Assembly (NCBI GenBank): GCA_038918905.1
Contig: JBCKZS010000002.1
Span: 11,126 to 75,125 of the forward strand
Length of the DNA: 64,000 nt
Direction of reading: 5' to 3'
DNA from: Vicinamibacterales bacterium
GTDB taxonomy: Bacteria > Acidobacteriota > Vicinamibacteria > Vicinamibacterales > SCN-69-37
Shown here: positions 15,175 to 26,282 of the stretch, in pieces
Numbering within the stretch: the stretch's first letter is position 1
How the letters are laid out: every line of letters starts with the position of its first letter
Notes under the pieces: generated by a model
Seen by the model: only the letters and a program-made list of their open reading frames with translations
Databases searched by the model: none
What the model was told of the DNA's origin: nothing
Translations under genes and position numbers: made by a program

Positions 15175-16910
15175 ATCACCGTCTCCCGAATGACGTCGTC
15201 CACCGTCGTCAACCCTTCGCGGATTTTCCCGAGGCCGCTTTGCCGCAGGGTCACCATGCCCTCGGCCATGGCCTGCCGGCGCAGTTCATTCACGGGCGCG
15301 CCTTCCAGAATCTGCGTGCGCAAGGCCTCAGACGACGCCATGACTTCGAACAGGCCCACCCGCCCGCGGTACCCCGTGCCGCCGCAGCGGGGACACCCGC
15401 GCCCGCGGAAGGTGCGCACGGCGGCCAGTTCCTCGACCGCGAAGCCGGCTTCGAGCAACGCTTCGGGCGGCAGGTCTTCGGGCTCGCGGCAGTGGTCGCA
15501 GATGCGGCGGACGAGACGCTGCGCGCAGACGAGGTTGACGGAGCTGGCGACCAGGAACGCCTCGACGCCCATATTCACGAGGCGGCTGACGGTGCTGGGC
15601 GCGTCGTTGGTGTGCAGGGTTGACAGGACGAGGTGCCCGGTGAGCGCGGCCTTGACGGCGATCGCGGCGGTCTCGGTGTCGCGGATCTCGCCGACGAGGA
15701 TCACGTTGGGGTCCTGCCGCAGAAACGACCGCAACGCCACGGCGAACGTGAGTCCGATTGAATCGCGGACCTGCACCTGGTTGATGCCCGCGAGGTTGAA
15801 CTCGACGGGGTCTTCCGCCGTGAGGATGTTGACGCCCGGCTGATTGAGGCGCGAGATCGCGGAGTACAGAGTGTTGGTCTTGCCGCTGCCGGTCGGGCCG
15901 GTGACGAGCACCATGCCCCACGGGCGACGGATGGCGGATTCAAAACGCTGGAGCGCCTGCACCTCGAACCCCAGGCGCGTCATGTCGAGCCGCAGTTGAT
16001 CGCGGTCGAGCAGACGCAGCACGATCTTTTCGCCAAACAGCGTGGGAAGCGACGACACGCGGAAGTCGATCTCGCGGGTCTGGCCCTGGTCGTTGAAGCG
16101 CGCCTTGATGCGCCCGTCCTGGGGCAGCCGCTTTTCCGCGATGTCGAGCTGCGCCATGATCTTGATGCGCGACGTAATGGGATCGCGGTACTTCAGCGGG
16201 GGCGCCATCACCGGGTGCAACACGCCGTCGATGCGGAACCGGATCCGCATTTCCTTCTCGTACGGCTCGAGGTGGATGTCGCTGGCGCCGCGCTGAATCG
16301 CCGACAGCATGAGGGCGTTGACCAACCGGATCACCGGCGCCTCGCCGCCCTGCCGCTCGAGCGTGGCCGCGTCGATCGCCGCGGGGTCGGCCACAACCTC
16401 CAACCCGTCGTCGCCCCCCGAGCCGAGGTCTTCGAGCGCGCGGCTGACCAGATCGCTCGCCGACGGGCCGGACGCCGAGGCCGCCCCGGCGCCGTAGTAG
16501 CGGGCAATGGCCTCGCGGACCGAGGTCTCGGAAGCCACCACCGGCTCGACGTGCAGGCCCGTCATGAACTTGATGTCGTCCATGGCGAACACGTTGGTGG
16601 GGTCGGTCATCGCCAGCGTCAGCGACGTCGCGCTGCGGCCCACCGGGATGACCTGATATTTGACGGCGGTCTCGGCGGGCACGAGGCGCACCACCGCCAG
16701 GTCGAGATCGAAGTGCGGCAGCGTGATCGCCGGCACGCCGTACTGCCGGCTCAGGATCGCGGTGATGTCGTCGTCGTGGACAAACCCGAGTTTGACGAGG
16801 TGCGCCCCCAGCCGGCCCCCGTTGGCGCGCTGATGGCTCAGCGCCTCCTGCAGTTGGACCGGCGAAATGCGCTTGTCGCGCAGCAGTAGTTCTCCCAGAC
16901 GAACGGCCAT
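15171..16910 (-). CDS. pilB: Type IV pilus assembly ATPase (GspE/PilB family)
   Basis: N-terminal MshEN-like LGELLL...ISPVQLQEAL, GPTGSGKTNT, and the Zn motif CDHC...CPRCGGTG. ATG at 16910. The upstream part of the 645-aa ORF is not protein-like. Confidence 0.9.
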   Translation of the reverse strand: MAVRLGELLLRDKRISPVQLQEALSHQRANGGRLGAHLVKLGFVHDDDITAILSRQYGVPAITLPHFDLDLAVVRLVPAETAVKYQVIPVGRSATSLTLAMTDPTNVFAMDDIKFMTGLHVEPVVASETSVREAIARYYGAGAASASGPSASDLVSRALEDLGSGGDDGLEVVADPAAIDAATLERQGGEAPVIRLVNALMLSAIQRGASDIHLEPYEKEMRIRFRIDGVLHPVMAPPLKYRDPITSRIKIMAQLDIAEKRLPQDGRIKARFNDQGQTREIDFRVSSLPTLFGEKIVLRLLDRDQLRLDMTRLGFEVQALQRFESAIRRPWGMVLVTGPTGSGKTNTLYSAISRLNQPGVNILTAEDPVEFNLAGINQVQVRDSIGLTFAVALRSFLRQDPNVILVGEIRDTETAAIAVKAALTGHLVLSTLHTNDAPSTVSRLVNMGVEAFLVASSVNLVCAQRLVRRICDHCREPEDLPPEALLEAGFAVEELAAVRTFRGRGCPRCGGTGYRGRVGLFEVMASSEALRTQILEGAPVNELRRQAMAEGMVTLRQSGLGKIREGLTTVDDVIRETVM

Positions 16911-16974
16911 GCCCCCCGGTCTCTCAGAACCCACGTACAGGTTCCGTGTCGCGGCCACGACCGGCCGCCGGGGG

Positions 16975-17952
16975 TTACCACCCGGCGCGCAACGCGAACC
17001 CAAAGCCGCGTTCCCCGTCCGCGCGCCCGAGGGTGACGTGGCCATCGAGCCACGCCCCGGGTCGAAGGGCCACACTGGCCCCCGCCGAACCGACGGGCGA
17101 CCGCGCACCTTCGAGATTCCACCGCGCCCCGCCCCGCAAGGCGACCCACGGCGTCAGCAGGTGTTCACCACCCACCGCCACCATGCGACGAGGACCAGCC
17201 GGCAATTCGACCGTGTCCAGGTCAAGGTCTATAGCAAGGGTCAGGCCAGCGGCCGGCAGCACGGCGAAGCCGATCCGCGAGTGCCGGTCCAGGGTGATTG
17301 CAGTTTCCGCGGGCCCCCGGAACGTCGGAGATCGCAGATTCCGCACGGTCCAGCCGAGCCGGAAGACCCCGGCGTCCACCATGACCGAGGCGTCCAGGTC
17401 GAACTTGCCGCTCGCTTCGCGGTCAAGGGCGCCAATCCGGTCGAGGGCCAGTTCGGTGGTTTCCCCCTCGGATGGCCCCCTGGCGACGTAGCCCCGGATG
17501 TACTTGAAGGTGGTCCCGACGACCAGGCCCTTGGTGACGGTCTGGAGGACGGTGGCGCCGTAGTGGTGGGTCGTCAGGCGCTGGCCGACAAGGCCGAGGG
17601 GGCCGTTATCGACCAGTTGGGTCTCGTCAACGCTGGTGTAACTGAGGCCGATTGGCCATGTGCCCAAACTGATAAAACGGGCCGAACGCTGCCACGGGCC
17701 GGCGGCCGGCGCGGCGTCGCGATCACCACTTCGAAACTTGACCCACTCAATTGTCACGCCGGCGGGCTGCCCGCTGGCGAGGCCGGCGGGGTTCCAGAAA
17801 ACGGCGGTGGGGTCGTCGGCGACCGCCACGAACGCGCCACCCATGCCCAGCGCCCGGCTGCCAATCACCTCGAAGGTCTGCGCCGCGGCCGGCGTGGTCG
17901 TGACCAGGAGGGGGAGGAACACACCAGCGGCGAGTCTGAGCAAAGGGCGCAT
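16975..17952 (-). CDS. Outer-membrane beta-barrel protein (FadL/TraF_2-like, tentative)
   Basis: Signal peptide MRPLLRLAAGVFLPLLVTTTPAAAQ. GMGGAFVAVADDPTAVFWNPAGLA motif, alternating beta pattern, C-terminal ...FALRAGW. Confidence 0.6.
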   Translation of the reverse strand: MRPLLRLAAGVFLPLLVTTTPAAAQTFEVIGSRALGMGGAFVAVADDPTAVFWNPAGLASGQPAGVTIEWVKFRSGDRDAAPAAGPWQRSARFISLGTWPIGLSYTSVDETQLVDNGPLGLVGQRLTTHHYGATVLQTVTKGLVVGTTFKYIRGYVARGPSEGETTELALDRIGALDREASGKFDLDASVMVDAGVFRLGWTVRNLRSPTFRGPAETAITLDRHSRIGFAVLPAAGLTLAIDLDLDTVELPAGPRRMVAVGGEHLLTPWVALRGGARWNLEGARSPVGSAGASVALRPGAWLDGHVTLGRADGERGFGFALRAGW

Positions 17953-18088
17953 ACTGCCGAGCCTATCAGGAACCCATCGCCTCTCCAGCCCGTATCTGTT
18001 TGCGACGGTACAATACGAGGAGCTGTCCACACACGGCGGCTTGCCGCCCTTCCCACGCGATGACGCCCTGCTGAGGAGTACCGCTTCC

Positions 18089-18814
18089 ATGTCCGACCCT
18101 TCCACCCCTGCCACGCCACCATTGCCCGGCTTGCTCGCCCGCGCCGTGGGCATCGTCACCGCGCCTGGCGCGATGTTCGTGCACGTGGTTCGGACGCCGA
18201 AGGTGGGCGGAATGTTGTTTCTGGTCTCGCTCCTGATGGGTCTGGCGTCGGGTCTGCCCCAGTTCACCGAACGCGGGAGAGCGGCGGCGTTAGAGATGCA
18301 GGCGCAGTCGATGGAGACCTTCGGCGTGACCGTCTCTGACGAAATGTACGCACAGATGCGGCAACGGTCGCAGTCCAATCTTGGGGCCTATATGGCCATC
18401 GTCGGGACGTTCATCGGAGTGCCATTTGTCGCGGTGCTGCTGACCGCCTTACTCTGGGCGGCTTTCAACACGATTCTTGGCGGCACCGCGAGCTTCAAGC
18501 AGGTCATGGCGGTGCTGGCCCACTCGCAGATCATCTCGGCCTTGGGCGCGGTGTTCGCCGCGCCGATCATGTATGCCCGGGGCGTGATGAGTTCGGGCGT
18601 CGCCAATCTGGGCGCGCTTCTGCCGATGCTCGACGAAACCAGCTTCCTCGCCAGGTTCCTCGGGATGATCGACCTCTTCATGGTCTGGTGGGTCGTCGTG
18701 CTCGCGATCGGCCTCGCGGCGCTCTACAGGAAACAGACCAGCAGCATCGCCACCGGGCTCTTCATTTTCTACGGATTGATCGCGCTTGGTATCGCCTACT
18801 TCACCGCAGGGTAA
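18089..18814 (+). CDS. Yip1-domain-like integral membrane protein
   Basis: ATG at 18089 preceded by GAGGAG. 241 aa with five TM segments. The family call is tentative. Confidence 0.55.
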   Translation: MSDPSTPATPPLPGLLARAVGIVTAPGAMFVHVVRTPKVGGMLFLVSLLMGLASGLPQFTERGRAAALEMQAQSMETFGVTVSDEMYAQMRQRSQSNLGAYMAIVGTFIGVPFVAVLLTALLWAAFNTILGGTASFKQVMAVLAHSQIISALGAVFAAPIMYARGVMSSGVANLGALLPMLDETSFLARFLGMIDLFMVWWVVVLAIGLAALYRKQTSSIATGLFIFYGLIALGIAYFTAG

Positions 18815-18817
18815 CTC

Positions 18818-20155
18818 ATGAATCGGAAAAAGATCGTCCTCGCGCTCGTCATCGTCGTTGCCCTCGCCGCCATTGCGTACGCCAACCTGAATTTCACCCG
18901 CACGCCCGGCGCGGAGGTCAACGTCGAGAAGATTGCGCTGCGCGATCTGGAAGCCATCGTTTCGGCGAGCGGCAAGATCCGCCCGAAGAAGTCGGTGAAC
19001 ATCAGCGCCGACACGATGGGCAAGGTGGTGGGGCTCGCCGTCAACGAAGGCGACATGGTGAAGGCCGGGCAGTTCCTGCTGCAGATTGATCCGCGGAACC
19101 TGCAGACCCAGGTCAACCGGACCGAAGCCAGTCTGGCCGCGGCACGGTCGCAACTGGCGGAAACCCGCACGAGCGTCGAAAACGCGAAGACCAACCTGAA
19201 GCAGGCGCAGGACAACCTGGAACGCCAGCGCGAGCTCTTCAAGGCGGGACTGACCCCGCGTGAAACACTCGACCGCGCGGAAAGCGACGTCAAGTTGCGG
19301 CAATCCGATCTTGCGCAGAGCGAACAGTCCATCAAGACGCAGGAGACCCGGATCAAGCAGGAGGAGGCGAACGTCGAGAACGCGACGTACGACCTCAATA
19401 AAGTGCGTATCGTCTCGCCCATCGCTGGCATTGTGACGCGCCGCAACATTGAGGAAGGCGAAACGGTGGTCGTCGGCACGATGAACAACGCCGGCACGGT
19501 GCTCATGACCATCGCCGACCTGTCGGTCATCGAGACGGAAATCGAAGTGGACGAAACCGACATCCCCTTCATCGCGTTGGGCCAGCCGGCGAAGGTGACG
19601 ATCGACGCCTTCCCCGACAAGACGTTCTCGGGCCGCGTCACCGAGGTCGGCAACAGCGCGATTCAGACGACGGGCGCGGCGACGAGCCGCGCGACCAACT
19701 TCAAGGTGGTGGTCACCCTGGAGGGCCAGGTGCCCGACGTGCGCCCCGGCTTCACCTGCACGGCCGTGATTACGACGGCGACGCGCCAGAAAGCCGTGGC
19801 CGTGCCGATTCAGGCCACCACCGTGCGCGAGATGGTCCTGAACGCCGACGGCAGCCTGGTGCGCGCCGCGCCGGTCAACGGCCGCACGCCCGCCGCGCGC
19901 CGCCTCTCGGCGCCGGTGGAACTGGAGCCGGACCAGACACGCAAGGAAATTGAAGGCGTGTTCCTGGTGAAGGACGGCAAGGCCGTCTTCACCCCGATCA
20001 AGTCAGGCATCGCCGGCGACAAGTACTTCGAGGTGCTCGACGGCCTGGTTGCCGGTGACGAGGTCATCACCGGACCGTTCGCTTCCGTCCGGACGCTGAG
20101 GGACGGCAACCTCGTGAAGGTGACGACGGCCTTCGCCAACGCGACGGGCCGCTAG
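18818..20155 (+). CDS. Efflux transporter periplasmic adaptor (HlyD/MacA family)
   Basis: N-terminal anchor, lipoyl-like GDMVKAGQFLLQID, long coiled-coil hairpin, beta-barrel and membrane-proximal domains. Confidence 0.85.
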   Translation: MNRKKIVLALVIVVALAAIAYANLNFTRTPGAEVNVEKIALRDLEAIVSASGKIRPKKSVNISADTMGKVVGLAVNEGDMVKAGQFLLQIDPRNLQTQVNRTEASLAAARSQLAETRTSVENAKTNLKQAQDNLERQRELFKAGLTPRETLDRAESDVKLRQSDLAQSEQSIKTQETRIKQEEANVENATYDLNKVRIVSPIAGIVTRRNIEEGETVVVGTMNNAGTVLMTIADLSVIETEIEVDETDIPFIALGQPAKVTIDAFPDKTFSGRVTEVGNSAIQTTGAATSRATNFKVVVTLEGQVPDVRPGFTCTAVITTATRQKAVAVPIQATTVREMVLNADGSLVRAAPVNGRTPAARRLSAPVELEPDQTRKEIEGVFLVKDGKAVFTPIKSGIAGDKYFEVLDGLVAGDEVITGPFASVRTLRDGNLVKVTTAFANATGR

Positions 20156-20159
20156 GCGC

Positions 20160-21383
<1,224 letters not shown>

Positions 21384-21385
21384 CC

Positions 21386-22666
21386 ATGCGCTGGGGCCTG
21401 TTCAACGAAATCCTGCAGATGTCCTGGGAGACGCTGCGCGGCAACAAGCTGCGTTCGGCGCTCACGGTGCTCGGCGTCGTCATCGGCATCACGTCGATCG
21501 TAGGCATGACGGCGCTCATCCGTGGATTCGACCAGTCGCTGCGCGACTCGATCAAGTCGCTGGGCCCCGACACCATTACCGTCGCCAAGTTTTCCGCCCT
21601 GAGCATGGCCTCGGGAGCCGATTTCCAGAATCTGCTCATGCGTCCGAACATGACGCCGGAGGACGCGGCGGCGATCCAGCGGGATGCGCCGTCGATTGCC
21701 GTCGTCGACGTGATGCTGGGCAACGGTGGCCCCCCGACCCAGGAGCGTGTGTACTACCGCAACCTCCGGTCCAAGATGATCAGTGTCCTCGGGACCACCG
21801 AACGATGGCCGGATGTGCTGCTGGTGCCGATCGAGACGGGCCGCTTCTTCACGTCAGGCGAGGTGCAACGGCGGCGTCACGTCGTGCTGCTCGGCCAGAC
21901 GCCCGCACAGGCCTTGTTTCCGAACCAGGATCCGATCGGCAAGATCGTGCGCGTCGGCATTCAGGAATACGAAGTCATTGGCGTGGCCGCCCCGCGACCG
22001 AGCCCGGGCGGGTTCAACTTTGGCGTGGACGACTTTGTCGTCATCCCGCAGACCACCTACCAGAAGCAGTTCGGCATCCAGGCGTTCCGCGCCGGCCGCG
22101 GAGAAATGCGCAGCATTCTCATCTCGGCCGTGCCTCGTGAGGGCGTGCCGCGCGAAGTCGCCCTGCGCGAGGTCGAGCAGGTCATGCGCACGCGCCACGG
22201 CCTCAGGCTGGACGAACCGAACGACTTCGACCTCGTGACACAGGACGCGGTTCTGGAGTTATGGGATCAGATCAGCCAGGCCACGTTCCTCGCCCTGGTG
22301 GCGATTTCTTCGATCGCGCTGATGGTGGGCGGCATCGGCGTCATGAGCATCATGACCATCACCGTTACCGAGCGCACGCGGGAGATCGGCGTGCGCAAGG
22401 CGCTGGGCGCCCGCCGGGTCGAAGTGCTCTGGCAGTTCCTGCTCGAGGCCATCTTCCTGACGTCGGCGGGCGGCGTGCTCGGCATTCTGTGCGGAGCGGG
22501 CATCGGCATCGCCGTGCACCTGGCGACCGGCTTTCCCGTCTCGCTCCCGTGGTGGTCGTTCGCGATCGGCATCGGCTTCTCGGCCAGCATCGGCGTGTTT
22601 TTCGGCATGGTCCCGGCCATCCGCGCCTCGCGGCTCGACCCCATCGAAGCGCTCAGATACGAATAG
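21386..22666 (+). CDS. MacB-type ABC transporter permease, second paralog
   Basis: Same architecture (GNKLRSALTVLGVVIGITSIV..., TERTREIGVRKALGARRVEV). ATG 3 nt after the upstream TAA. Confidence 0.85.
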   Translation: MRWGLFNEILQMSWETLRGNKLRSALTVLGVVIGITSIVGMTALIRGFDQSLRDSIKSLGPDTITVAKFSALSMASGADFQNLLMRPNMTPEDAAAIQRDAPSIAVVDVMLGNGGPPTQERVYYRNLRSKMISVLGTTERWPDVLLVPIETGRFFTSGEVQRRRHVVLLGQTPAQALFPNQDPIGKIVRVGIQEYEVIGVAAPRPSPGGFNFGVDDFVVIPQTTYQKQFGIQAFRAGRGEMRSILISAVPREGVPREVALREVEQVMRTRHGLRLDEPNDFDLVTQDAVLELWDQISQATFLALVAISSIALMVGGIGVMSIMTITVTERTREIGVRKALGARRVEVLWQFLLEAIFLTSAGGVLGILCGAGIGIAVHLATGFPVSLPWWSFAIGIGFSASIGVFFGMVPAIRASRLDPIEALRYE

Positions 22667-22731
22667 AGTTCACCACCTCAGCCACCTCATAATCGATCTA
22701 TGCTGTCCTCTGATCGCGGGAGGGATCGCCT

Positions 22732-24831
22732 ATGAAGGTCTTTGACGCAGCGGACATCCGGAACGTCGCACTGGTGGGGCACAGTGGCTCGGGCAAGACA
22801 CAGTTGGCGGCCGCGCTCCTGTTCACCGGGGGCGCCACGACACGACTGGGACTGGTCGATGACGGCACCACGGTCACCGATTACGACGACGAAGAAATCG
22901 CGCGCAAGCACACGCTCTCCTCCGCCCTCGCCCACCTCGAATGGAATAAGCGCAAGATCAACCTGGTTGACACGCCCGGCATGGGGAATTTTCTCAGCGA
23001 CGCGCGCGCGGCCCTTCGCGTCGTCGAGTCCGCCCTGGTGGTCGTCGATGCCGTGGGCGGCGTGCAGGTGTCCACCGAGAAAATCTGGGAAGCGGCCGAC
23101 GAGCTCAAGCTGCCGCGCCTGATCGTGGTCAACCGGCTCGACCGCGACCGTGCCAGTCTGCCGCGCACGCTTGGGTCGCTGCACGAACGGCTCTCGCGGG
23201 CCGCCGTCGCCGTGCAGTGGCCCCTCGGTGAAGACGGCGGCTTCGCCGGCGTCGTGGACCTCGTGACCCAGCAGGCGTGGCGATTTGCCGATGATGGGAG
23301 CGGGAAAGCGACAGAGGAGCCGGTGCCCGCGTCCATGCAGGCTGAGGTGGACGCGGCACGCGCGACGCTCATCGAGGCCGTCGCCGAGGCTGACGACACG
23401 CTGATCGAACGGTTCTTCGAAGCCGGCACGCTCACGCAGGAAGAACTGCTGGCGGGTCTTGGCCGATCGGTGCGCGCGGGCACGTTGTTTCCGGTGTTCT
23501 GCGCCTCGGGACTCCGGAACATCGGCGCCTCGCTGATCGCCGACGCGCTGGTCACGTACGGCCCCTCGCCCGTGGACCTGCCGTTCCGGGGCGTGGCCCC
23601 GGATGGCTCCCTCACCACCCGGACCGCCGACCACGCGGCGCCGCTCGTGGTGTGGGTGTGGAAGACGATCGCCGATCAGTTCGCGGGACGCATCTCGCTG
23701 TTCCGCGTGGTCTCCGGGGTGTTCAAGTCAGACACACCGGTCCCCAACGTCACCAGGAACGGAACGGAACGTGTCGGCCATCTGCTGGTGCTCGAAGGCA
23801 AAACGCAGACTCACGTCGCGGAGGTGCGCGCCGGCGATCTGGGCGCCGTCGCGAAACTCAAGGACACCCATACGGGCGACACGCTCGGCGACGCGTGCGC
23901 CGGCTTCTCGATTCCGCCGCTGACCTTCCCCGACCCTGTGCTGGCGTACGCCATCCTGCCGAAGACGCGCGGTGACGAAGACAAGATCAGCACCTCCATG
24001 TATCGGTTGCTGGAGGAAGATCCGTCGATCGGCTACACGCGCGACGAGCAGACACACGACCTGCTCCTCTCGGGCCAGGGGCAACTGCACATCGAGGTGA
24101 CGGTCGCCAAACTCCGGCGCCGGTTCGGGGTCGAGGTGGCACTCGCGCCCCCGCACATTCCCTACCGCGAGACCATCGCCGCCGCGGTGGAAGCGCACGG
24201 CCGCCACAAGAAACAGACCGGTGGCCACGGGCAGTTCGGCGACTGCAAGATCCGGATGGAGCCACTGCCGCGCGGCGGCGGCGTCGAGTTCGTCGACGAC
24301 ATCTTCGGCGGCTCGATTCCCCGACAGTACATTCCCGCCGTCGAGAAAGGCATCCGCGAGTCCTGCGGGCGCGGGTACCTCGCGGGGTACCCGGTGGTTG
24401 ACGTGAGGGTGACCGTCTATGACGGGTCGTACCACGACGTGGACTCGAACGAACTGTCGTTCAAGATGGCGGGCCGCCTGGCGTTCAAGGACGGGATGTC
24501 GCGCGCCCGCGCCACCCTGCTCGAACCGGTGATGGCCGTGGAAGTCTACGCGCCGTCAGACTTCGCGGGCGATCTGATGGGGGACCTGAACAGCCGCCGC
24601 GGCCAGATCGCCGGCATGGAAACCCGGGGCACCGGCACCGTGATTCGGGCCCAGGTCCCGATGTCAGAGATGCTCACGTACGAACAGATCCTCACCTCGA
24701 CAACCGGCGCCCGGGGCGCCTACCACATGGCGTTCTCGCACTACGCCGAGGTGCCGGCCCACCTGCACGCGAAGATCGTCGCGGCGTCAAGGGCCGACCG
24801 CACGTCGGTGCACCACGACGACGAGGGGTAA
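22732..24831 (+). CDS. Elongation factor G paralog (EF-G2-like)
   Basis: 699 aa with full EF-G domain order but diverged G motifs (GHSGSGKT, DTPG, NRLD). The canonical fusA is at 42891-44996. Confidence 0.85.
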   Translation: MKVFDAADIRNVALVGHSGSGKTQLAAALLFTGGATTRLGLVDDGTTVTDYDDEEIARKHTLSSALAHLEWNKRKINLVDTPGMGNFLSDARAALRVVESALVVVDAVGGVQVSTEKIWEAADELKLPRLIVVNRLDRDRASLPRTLGSLHERLSRAAVAVQWPLGEDGGFAGVVDLVTQQAWRFADDGSGKATEEPVPASMQAEVDAARATLIEAVAEADDTLIERFFEAGTLTQEELLAGLGRSVRAGTLFPVFCASGLRNIGASLIADALVTYGPSPVDLPFRGVAPDGSLTTRTADHAAPLVVWVWKTIADQFAGRISLFRVVSGVFKSDTPVPNVTRNGTERVGHLLVLEGKTQTHVAEVRAGDLGAVAKLKDTHTGDTLGDACAGFSIPPLTFPDPVLAYAILPKTRGDEDKISTSMYRLLEEDPSIGYTRDEQTHDLLLSGQGQLHIEVTVAKLRRRFGVEVALAPPHIPYRETIAAAVEAHGRHKKQTGGHGQFGDCKIRMEPLPRGGGVEFVDDIFGGSIPRQYIPAVEKGIRESCGRGYLAGYPVVDVRVTVYDGSYHDVDSNELSFKMAGRLAFKDGMSRARATLLEPVMAVEVYAPSDFAGDLMGDLNSRRGQIAGMETRGTGTVIRAQVPMSEMLTYEQILTSTTGARGAYHMAFSHYAEVPAHLHAKIVAASRADRTSVHHDDEG

Positions 24832-24970
24832 GTCCAAGGGTCCCAAACGGTCCAGGGATCCAACCGTGCGCACGTGCGTACGTTGCGGGGTGCGAAGGCC
24901 CAGCGCCGCAGGCGAGGCCGGCCTCGCCCTGTCAGAAGGTCCGGACACATTTGGTACAGTGGACCCCACG

Positions 24971-25987
24971 ATGAACTTCCGAACAATCAGGGCTGCTGGC
25001 ATCTGTGGATCGCTGGTGCTGGGCCTGGGCGCGGCGGCACCGCCGCAGCCGCCGCCCACGCCTGACTTTGCCGCCTGGCTCGAAGGTGTGCGGGCCGAGG
25101 CGCTGGAGCGGGGGGTCCGCGCGGCGACGGTCGACAAGGCGCTCGCCGGATTGGCACCCAAGCCGGTCGTGGTTGCGCGCGATCGCATGCAGCCCGAACA
25201 GGTCCAGAGCCTCGATTCGTACCTGCGCCAGCGGCTCTCGACGGGCACGAAGTCGTCGGCCAGGACCATGTGCGCGAAACACCGGCGCGTGCTCGCCGCG
25301 GTCGAGCGGCAGTTCGGGGTGCCCGCGACGACGGTGGTGGCGATTTGGGGGCTCGAGTCGAACTTCGGCCGGTTCACCGGCGTGCGGCCGATCATCACGG
25401 CGCTGGCCACGCTCGCGTATGACCCGCGCCGTTCCGCGCTCTTCCGGGCCGAACTGTTTCACGCGCTGACGATTCTCGACCAGGGCCACATCACACTCGA
25501 CGAGCTGAACGGCTCGTGGGCCGGCGCGATGGGCCAGCCGCAGTTCATGCCGTCGAGTTACCTGAAACATGCGGTGGACTTCGATGGCGACGGCCGCGCC
25601 AACATCTGGACGTCGGAAGCCGACGTGTTTGCATCCATCGCCAACTATCTGAAGCACGCCGGCTGGGTCAGCGGCGAACGTTGGGGACGCGAGGTGCGCG
25701 TCAGCAAGGCGGTGCTGGCGCGGATTGAAGCGAGCGTGCCCATGCGCGCGTCAGGCTGTCGCGCGGTGCGCGAGATGACCGAGGCCCGCCCGCTCGCCGA
25801 ATGGACGCGGCTCGGCGTGCTGCAGGCCAACGGCCGCCCCCTGCCCGCGGCTGCCATGGACGCGTCACTGGTACGCGGCCTCAGCCGCCACTTTCTCGTC
25901 TACCGCAACTACCACGCGCTCATCGACTACAACTGTTCGAACGCCTACGCCACGAGCGCGGGCCTGCTCTCGGACGCCGTGCGCTGA
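24971..25987 (+). CDS. Lytic murein transglycosylase (MltB/SLT_2 family)
   Basis: Signal-like N-terminus. Carries IWGLESNFG (catalytic Glu), GAMGQPQFMPSSY and DFDGDGRANIW. Confidence 0.85.
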   Translation: MNFRTIRAAGICGSLVLGLGAAAPPQPPPTPDFAAWLEGVRAEALERGVRAATVDKALAGLAPKPVVVARDRMQPEQVQSLDSYLRQRLSTGTKSSARTMCAKHRRVLAAVERQFGVPATTVVAIWGLESNFGRFTGVRPIITALATLAYDPRRSALFRAELFHALTILDQGHITLDELNGSWAGAMGQPQFMPSSYLKHAVDFDGDGRANIWTSEADVFASIANYLKHAGWVSGERWGREVRVSKAVLARIEASVPMRASGCRAVREMTEARPLAEWTRLGVLQANGRPLPAAAMDASLVRGLSRHFLVYRNYHALIDYNCSNAYATSAGLLSDAVR

Positions 25988-26026
25988 CCGCGTACGCACA
26001 CCGAACGCAGGCCCGCGCTCGTCGCG

Positions 26027-26269
26027 GTGCTCGGGGGCTCGGGGGCTCCGGTGCTCGGGTGCTCTCGTGCTCGGGGGCTCGGGTGCTCGGGTGCTCTCGT
26101 GCTCGGGTGCTCCGGTGCTCGGGTGCTCTCGTGCTCCGGTGCTCTCGTGCTCCGGTGCTCCGGTGCTCTCGTGCTCCGGTGCTCGGGTGCTCTCGTGCTC
26201 CGGTGCTCGGGTGCTCCGGTGCTCCGTACCCGAGCACTTGAGCACTTGAGCACTTGAGCACCTGAGCAC
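26027..26269. repeat. 8-bp tandem repeat array: 25 x GTGCTCNN then 5 inverted units NNGAGCAC
   Basis: Parsed unit by unit. Forward units occupy 26027-26226, tac 26227-26229, inverted units 26230-26269. Lies between convergent genes. Confidence 0.9.
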
Positions 26270-26282
26270 CGCGAAGCGCGTT

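Noticed and set aside
14041-15843. 600-aa plus-strand ORF, with similar ORFs at 15996-16889, 2363-3610, 32346-34019 and 38846-40156
   Set aside because: All are antisense to strongly supported genes (pilT/pilB, proS, secY, the S3/L22/S19 region) and lack protein-like composition.
26027-26269. Possible CRISPR array
   Set aside because: The units are 8 bp and directly abutting, with no spacers. There is no leader and no cas genes. It is a microsatellite-like array, not a CRISPR.
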